A stretch of DNA of 38,068 nt from a virus (taxonomy: Duplodnaviria > Caudoviricetes): positions 1 through 38,068 of the IMG/VR virus record IMGVR_UViG_3300033067_001427, one strand, 5' to 3'. The translations under genes and the position numbers were made by a program. The notes below the pieces were generated by a model that was given only the letters and a program-made list of their open reading frames with translations, did not search any database and was not told the origin of the DNA. This document shows positions 36,856-38,068 of this stretch, one piece after another (the first letter of the stretch is position 1; every line of letters starts with the position of its first letter).

Positions 36856-37290
36856 TTAACTATCCATTGGCAGATAATAAGGCGGCATAATACAAGCTAC
36901 AAAATCTTTTCTAAATCTAATTGGCTCAAATTTAATTGAAGCCCCTTGTGCTCTTGCGATCTGGGATGTGGTGACGTTTCTACCGCCGCCGGACGCAGAA
37001 ATCATAACTCTTTGGTCTATGCAAAATCCTACGTGAATGATTCTCTCACGTGAACCGTAGAAAGCAAGACTGCCAAGACCGAAATAGTTAAGTGCGCCAT
37101 TTTTAACAAAATAATCGTACAAGTCATGTGCTGATTGATCACCCTTTGGATCAATACCTGCTTTTTCAAGTAATGCTTGTGCAAATCCACTGCAATCATA
37201 CCCTTCTGGCCCTTCGCCCCCCCATATATAGGGCTTGTTATAGAAGGTTAGTGCGTAGTCGTATAATTCTGTGAGTGACTTAACGCTCAT
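36856..37290 (-). CDS. NlpC/P60 peptidoglycan hydrolase (candidate endolysin), allele B
   Basis: PYIWGG...YDCSGF...HVGF catalytic Cys/His. Confidence 0.9.
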   Translation of the reverse strand: MSVKSLTELYDYALTFYNKPYIWGGEGPEGYDCSGFAQALLEKAGIDPKGDQSAHDLYDYFVKNGALNYFGLGSLAFYGSRERIIHVGFCIDQRVMISASGGGRNVTTSQIARAQGASIKFEPIRFRKDFVACIMPPYYLPMDS

Positions 37291-37883
37291 TATCGGCCCG
37301 CCCTACCCTTAGGATTAAACTCCCATCCAGAAGGGCTTTTAGTTACTTGTGATGGCATTTTTTCTCTGAGATTGTCCCAAATATGTTTTGCCGCTGGTTC
37401 CATGGAATATGGGTCATCAGATTTAATCGGATTCCCCTCTTGCAGTAAAAGGTCATACATTTTTTTACCTAGCCCCTGTCCCTGCATATCTTTGTTTATG
37501 TATGCCGCTTTAATTGCGTTTTCGTCATCTAGCCCGATATGTCCTAAAACTTTTTTGCCTTGAACCAGATATTTTTTATTTGGTATGTTTTCAAGTCTGT
37601 AGTTGTACTCTTTTTCGGCCCAAGGCATTTTAAATTCACTAGCGTCCTCAGGAGATAAGTGTTCAACCCCTGGCCGTATTTTTCTTTTTCTTAGCTCATC
37701 TAAGGCCATTAGCGCTATTTCTTTGTTGGCTGGCTTCATGCTTAAGCTCATAGAACCCATTGCCTCAGCATCATTAAAAATACCGGGCGGCGCATGGAGT
37801 TTTTCTTGTAAACTATTCTTAAATTGATCTTGTTCGTCGGCTACGCCGTCTAATTTTTGCTTTAGGTCGCTAAAATATCCCAT
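37290..37883 (-). CDS. GNAT acetyltransferase domain protein (allele B only)
   Basis: YINKDMQGQGLGKKMY acetyl-CoA motif A; SD...AKHIW; TAATG overlaps on both sides. Confidence 0.75.
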   Translation of the reverse strand: MGYFSDLKQKLDGVADEQDQFKNSLQEKLHAPPGIFNDAEAMGSMSLSMKPANKEIALMALDELRKRKIRPGVEHLSPEDASEFKMPWAEKEYNYRLENIPNKKYLVQGKKVLGHIGLDDENAIKAAYINKDMQGQGLGKKMYDLLLQEGNPIKSDDPYSMEPAAKHIWDNLREKMPSQVTKSPSGWEFNPKGRAGR

Positions 37884-38068
37884 TAGTCCTCTCGCTCCAT
37901 TTTCATTCTAAACTCTGGATCTTGCTGCGACATTAAGTAGTACGTTGCTGCAAAACTGTTTTCACCACGCTCTGCCGCTGCTTTTAGCGGCGCTTCGTAT
38001 GGTGTGCCGACAATTCTTTGCAGTGTGCGTGCGCGATCAATTTGCTGAGACTGTGGGCCTCTATCTTT
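37883..38068 (-). CDS. 3' end of ejection protein, allele B (partial)
   Basis: Homologous to the end of 399..2087; ends KMERED* instead of KMEDKTNER*. Confidence 0.85.
   Translation of the reverse strand, partial: KDRGPQSQQIDRARTLQRIVGTPYEAPLKAAAERGENSFAATYYLMSQQDPEFRMKMERED

Overview
The window is essentially one complete ~37 kb temperate tailed phage genome with a podovirus-like (P22/T7-style) morphogenesis module, assembled in the excised/circular state. Minus strand: HTH repressor, ParB-fused DNA methyltransferase, terminase small subunit, a ~4.9 kb block of small accessory genes and tRNA-like RNAs, terminase large subunit, portal, scaffold, major capsid, tail/adaptor proteins, a GIY-YIG endonuclease and ejection proteins. 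Across the contig join it continues with an NlpC/P60 hydrolase, a secreted IPT/TIG+LamG protein and an O-antigen-ligase-like protein. Plus strand: PD-(D/E)XK exonuclease, ssDNA-annealing protein, tyrosine integrase, attP (3' half of tRNA-Glu), replication initiator, DnaB-like helicase and VRR-NUC. The two contig ends are two diverged alleles of the same locus, one carrying an extra GNAT gene. The most unusual signals are RNA-level: (i) an Sm-like gene coupled to a 39-unit (G/W/R)-S dipeptide-repeat gene next to a circularly permuted YrlA-like tRNA mimic and a degenerate tRNA; (ii) a recurrent hairpin with a constant WCAUCCCG loop in intergenic regions; (iii) a three-unit motif in the capsid leader; (iv) a ~175-nt structured RNA plus a small hydrophobic peptide directly downstream of attP. 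All protein calls come from motif recognition and synteny by eye; no searches were run.
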